This document shows positions 35,540 to 37,845 of a stretch of 37,845 nucleotides of DNA, in pieces (position 1 is the first letter of the stretch; each line of letters begins with the position of its first letter). The DNA is from Chthonomonadaceae bacterium (GTDB taxonomy: Bacteria; Armatimonadota; Chthonomonadetes; Chthonomonadales; Chthonomonadaceae): assembly GCA_035650735.1 (NCBI GenBank), contig DASRGZ010000021.1, positions 1 through 37,845 of the forward strand. The letters are read 5' to 3'. The position numbers were made by a program, and so were the translations under genes. Under the pieces are notes generated by a model, which saw only the letters and a program-made list of their open reading frames with translations, was not told the DNA's origin and did no database searches.

Positions 35540-36388
35540 TTAAGTGCAGAGATCGTGGTAGAGTTCGGGACGGCGATCACCGACCGGATCAAGCTCGAAG
35601 ACGCCCGGCTCGAAGACAAGTTTCTTCTGCCGGGCCTGCGCCGGAGCGATCTCGGCGTAGAGGAGGGTTTCCGAGGCACCGTCGCCCTGCGCGAGAAAGG
35701 TTCCATCCGGAGCGACGATCTGGCTCTGCCCAATGAAGCGCGTGCCGCGCTCCTGGCCAACCCGATTGCAGGCGACGACGTAGACGCGGTTTTCCCAGGC
35801 GCGGGCGCGGGTCAGGAAGAGCGGAGCGCTCTCCGCGCCCTGCGGCCAGTTGGTCGGCACGATGATCACCTCCGCGCCGCGCAGGGCCAACACGCGCGCC
35901 GCCTCCGGAAAGCGCACATCGTAGCAGATCAGGATGCCGATACGGGCGAACGGCAATTCTAAAATGGGCAGCGCCTCGCCCTTGCCGACGAAGCGGTCTA
36001 TGCCGAGCACGGGCAGGTGGCACTTGCGGTAGTTTGCGATTAGCCCTTCCGGGCCGGCGACAAAGGCGCTGTTGAAAAGCTGGCTGGCGGCGTCGCGCTC
36101 CAGCAGGCCGACGATGGCGTAGAGGTTATGCTGGCGGCAGGCCGCCGCGACCGCCTCCGTCGTCTCGCCGGGCACGGTCTCTGCGGCGGGCAGCGCCTCC
36201 TCCGCGCTAGGGAAGACGTAGCCGGAGAGGGCACACTCCGGGAACACGACCAGAGCCGCGCCCGCCTGCGCCGCCTCTTCCATGCGCTCCAGGATCACGC
36301 GGCGGTTATAGGCCCTCTCGCCCAGATGCGGGTCTATCTGCGCCACCGCCACCCGAAACGTCTGCGTTGCTTCCTTCCCTTCCCTCAT
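35540..36388 (-). CDS. Carbon-nitrogen hydrolase (nitrilase superfamily)
   Basis: Catalytic triad motifs VFPEC, YRKCHL and LICYDVRFPE; AAGGAG RBS before ATG 36388. Confidence 0.92.
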   Translation of the reverse strand: MREGKEATQTFRVAVAQIDPHLGERAYNRRVILERMEEAAQAGAALVVFPECALSGYVFPSAEEALPAAETVPGETTEAVAAACRQHNLYAIVGLLERDAASQLFNSAFVAGPEGLIANYRKCHLPVLGIDRFVGKGEALPILELPFARIGILICYDVRFPEAARVLALRGAEVIIVPTNWPQGAESAPLFLTRARAWENRVYVVACNRVGQERGTRFIGQSQIVAPDGTFLAQGDGASETLLYAEIAPAQARQKKLVFEPGVFELDPVGDRRPELYHDLCT

Positions 36389-36407
36389 GACTTGCTCCTT
36401 TCGGAAT

Positions 36408-37844
36408 TTAATCCCCTTCACGAAGCGTGACAATTCTATCGGCAGCGATGTTGGCGTAAACCTGGGTCTTGCCGTCAGGCCAGCGCACGCGCACGGTGGC
36501 CCGGGTGGCCCGGCCCAACCCCACATGAACGCGCTTATCCGAGGCGGAGAGATAGGAGCCGTCGGTGGCGCAGCGGCGCAGCAGCGTGCGGCCTGCGGCC
36601 TCAACGGTGAGCAGCGCGCCGATGCCATCCCGGTTGCTCCCGGTCCCGATCAGCTTGAAAAGCAGCCAGTGGCCGACCGGAGCCGATACGTTATGCAGCA
36701 GGAGCGGAGCGCCTTCGCTGTCGGCCACCAGCGCATCTACGCGCCCATCGTTGTCGAAGTCGCCGAGCGCCAGCCCACGCCCCACAATCGGACGGGAGGC
36801 ATTCCCTCCCAGGCGGGCGCTAACGTCGTCGAAACGCGCTCCCTTCAGGTTATGGAATAGCTGCGTCGGCTCTCGGTAGCTTCCCGTTTTGAGGCCGCCC
36901 CAGAGGGCGTTGACCTCGGCGACGTTATCCTGCACGTGGCCGTTGGCAAGCATCAGATCGAGCCAGCCGTCGTTATCGAAATCCAGCCACTTGGCCCCAA
37001 AGGTGACGTAGGGTATCGCGGGAGCCAATCCCAGCCGCGCGGATTGCTCCGTGAACGTTCTCCCTTCGCTATGGAAGACGCATTTGGCCTGATCCTGATA
37101 GGTGGCGATGACCAGATCGAGCTTGCCGTCGTTATCGTAATCGCCCCAATCAATGCCCATGCCGCCATAGACGCTGCCGCTGGCGGAGTAGGCCATGCCG
37201 GAGGCTTGCCCAACATTTGCCAGCGCGGCGCCCTGCCTGTGGAGCAGGTCGCCGGGCGCCTGGTCATTGGCGATGGCAAGGCTCTGCTGCCCGGAGTGAT
37301 CGTAATCCGCGACGGCGGCGCCCAGCGCGTAGCCGGAGACCTTATCGGCGTGCCAGGCCCGGGTCACGTCCCGGAACCGGCCCCTCCCCTCGTTGTGGTA
37401 GAGCACGCCGTATTCCGGCCTGTAGGAACGGGGACCGCAGGCGCTCGGGATACCGTGATTATCGCAAAGCTGCGGTTTGGTATCGGGACCGAACCGGGCG
37501 TAGTTGCAGACGTAGAGATCGAGCCTGCCATCGCCATCCAGGTCGGCAAAGCTGGCCGAGGAGCCCCACGGCTGAGGTTTCAGGCCCGCCTCTGTGGTCG
37601 CATCTCGGAAGCGCCGGCCCCCCTCATTGTGCAGCAGCAGGCCGGTACGGTAGCCGCTGATGTAGACATCGTCGTAGCCGTCGTTATCGTAGTCGCCGAC
37701 CGCACAGCCTAAGAAGTGCCCGGAGAACTTCTCCAACCCGACAGCCGCCGTCACGTCAGTAAAATGGCCCTTGCCGTCGCCTTTGTAGAGGGCAAGCTTG
37801 GGTCCGACCAGCAGAATATCGAGGAAGCCGTCGTTATCATAATC
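36408..37844 (-). CDS. CRTAC1/ASPIC-UnbV FG-GAP repeat protein (5' partial)
   Basis: Repeated DYDNDGxxD calcium-binding motifs; C-terminal SNRDGIGA..GSYLSASDKRVHVGLG..VRWPDG; frame stays open to the window edge. Confidence 0.92.
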   Translation of the reverse strand, partial: DYDNDGFLDILLVGPKLALYKGDGKGHFTDVTAAVGLEKFSGHFLGCAVGDYDNDGYDDVYISGYRTGLLLHNEGGRRFRDATTEAGLKPQPWGSSASFADLDGDGRLDLYVCNYARFGPDTKPQLCDNHGIPSACGPRSYRPEYGVLYHNEGRGRFRDVTRAWHADKVSGYALGAAVADYDHSGQQSLAIANDQAPGDLLHRQGAALANVGQASGMAYSASGSVYGGMGIDWGDYDNDGKLDLVIATYQDQAKCVFHSEGRTFTEQSARLGLAPAIPYVTFGAKWLDFDNDGWLDLMLANGHVQDNVAEVNALWGGLKTGSYREPTQLFHNLKGARFDDVSARLGGNASRPIVGRGLALGDFDNDGRVDALVADSEGAPLLLHNVSAPVGHWLLFKLIGTGSNRDGIGALLTVEAAGRTLLRRCATDGSYLSASDKRVHVGLGRATRATVRVRWPDGKTQVYANIAADRIVTLREGD

Positions 37845-37845
37845 C

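Noticed and set aside
36389..36628. N-terminal extension of the nitrilase-family ORF
   Set aside because: Overlaps the ASPIC/UnbV gene in another frame; RBS supports ATG 36388.

Overview
GC-rich bacterial chromosomal window. The gene mix (DUF1559/H-X9-DG pilin-like protein, PEP-CTERM protein, secretin, ASPIC/UnbV protein, mqnE) suggests Armatimonadota; this is an inference. The left edge carries the 3' end of an IS21-family element (istB tail plus terminal repeat ending in CA at 140). The most notable feature is a complete regulatory unit: sigma70 promoter (3410-3438), TPP riboswitch (3474-3560), attenuator terminator (3584-3623), then a prepilin-type H-X9-DG (DUF1559) gene (3730-4527). This implies a thiamine-repressed pilin-like protein that may capture the vitamin. 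A minus-strand type IV filament/T2SS-like cluster (pilB with MshEN domain, pilC, three minor pilins, fused pilM-pilN, pilO-like, secretin, pilP-like; no major pilin, PilT or PilD in the window) lies behind a perfect TTGACA-N17-TATAAT promoter with a leader of about 480 nt. Also present: an ECF sigma/zinc anti-sigma/membrane protein operon with a SigW-like promoter, a PEP-CTERM gene with a sigma54-type promoter divergent from a cyclase-STAND-TPR gene, several metabolic enzymes, and many nested REP/REPIN-like and short tandem repeats in intergenic regions. All calls are by eye; no database searches were run.
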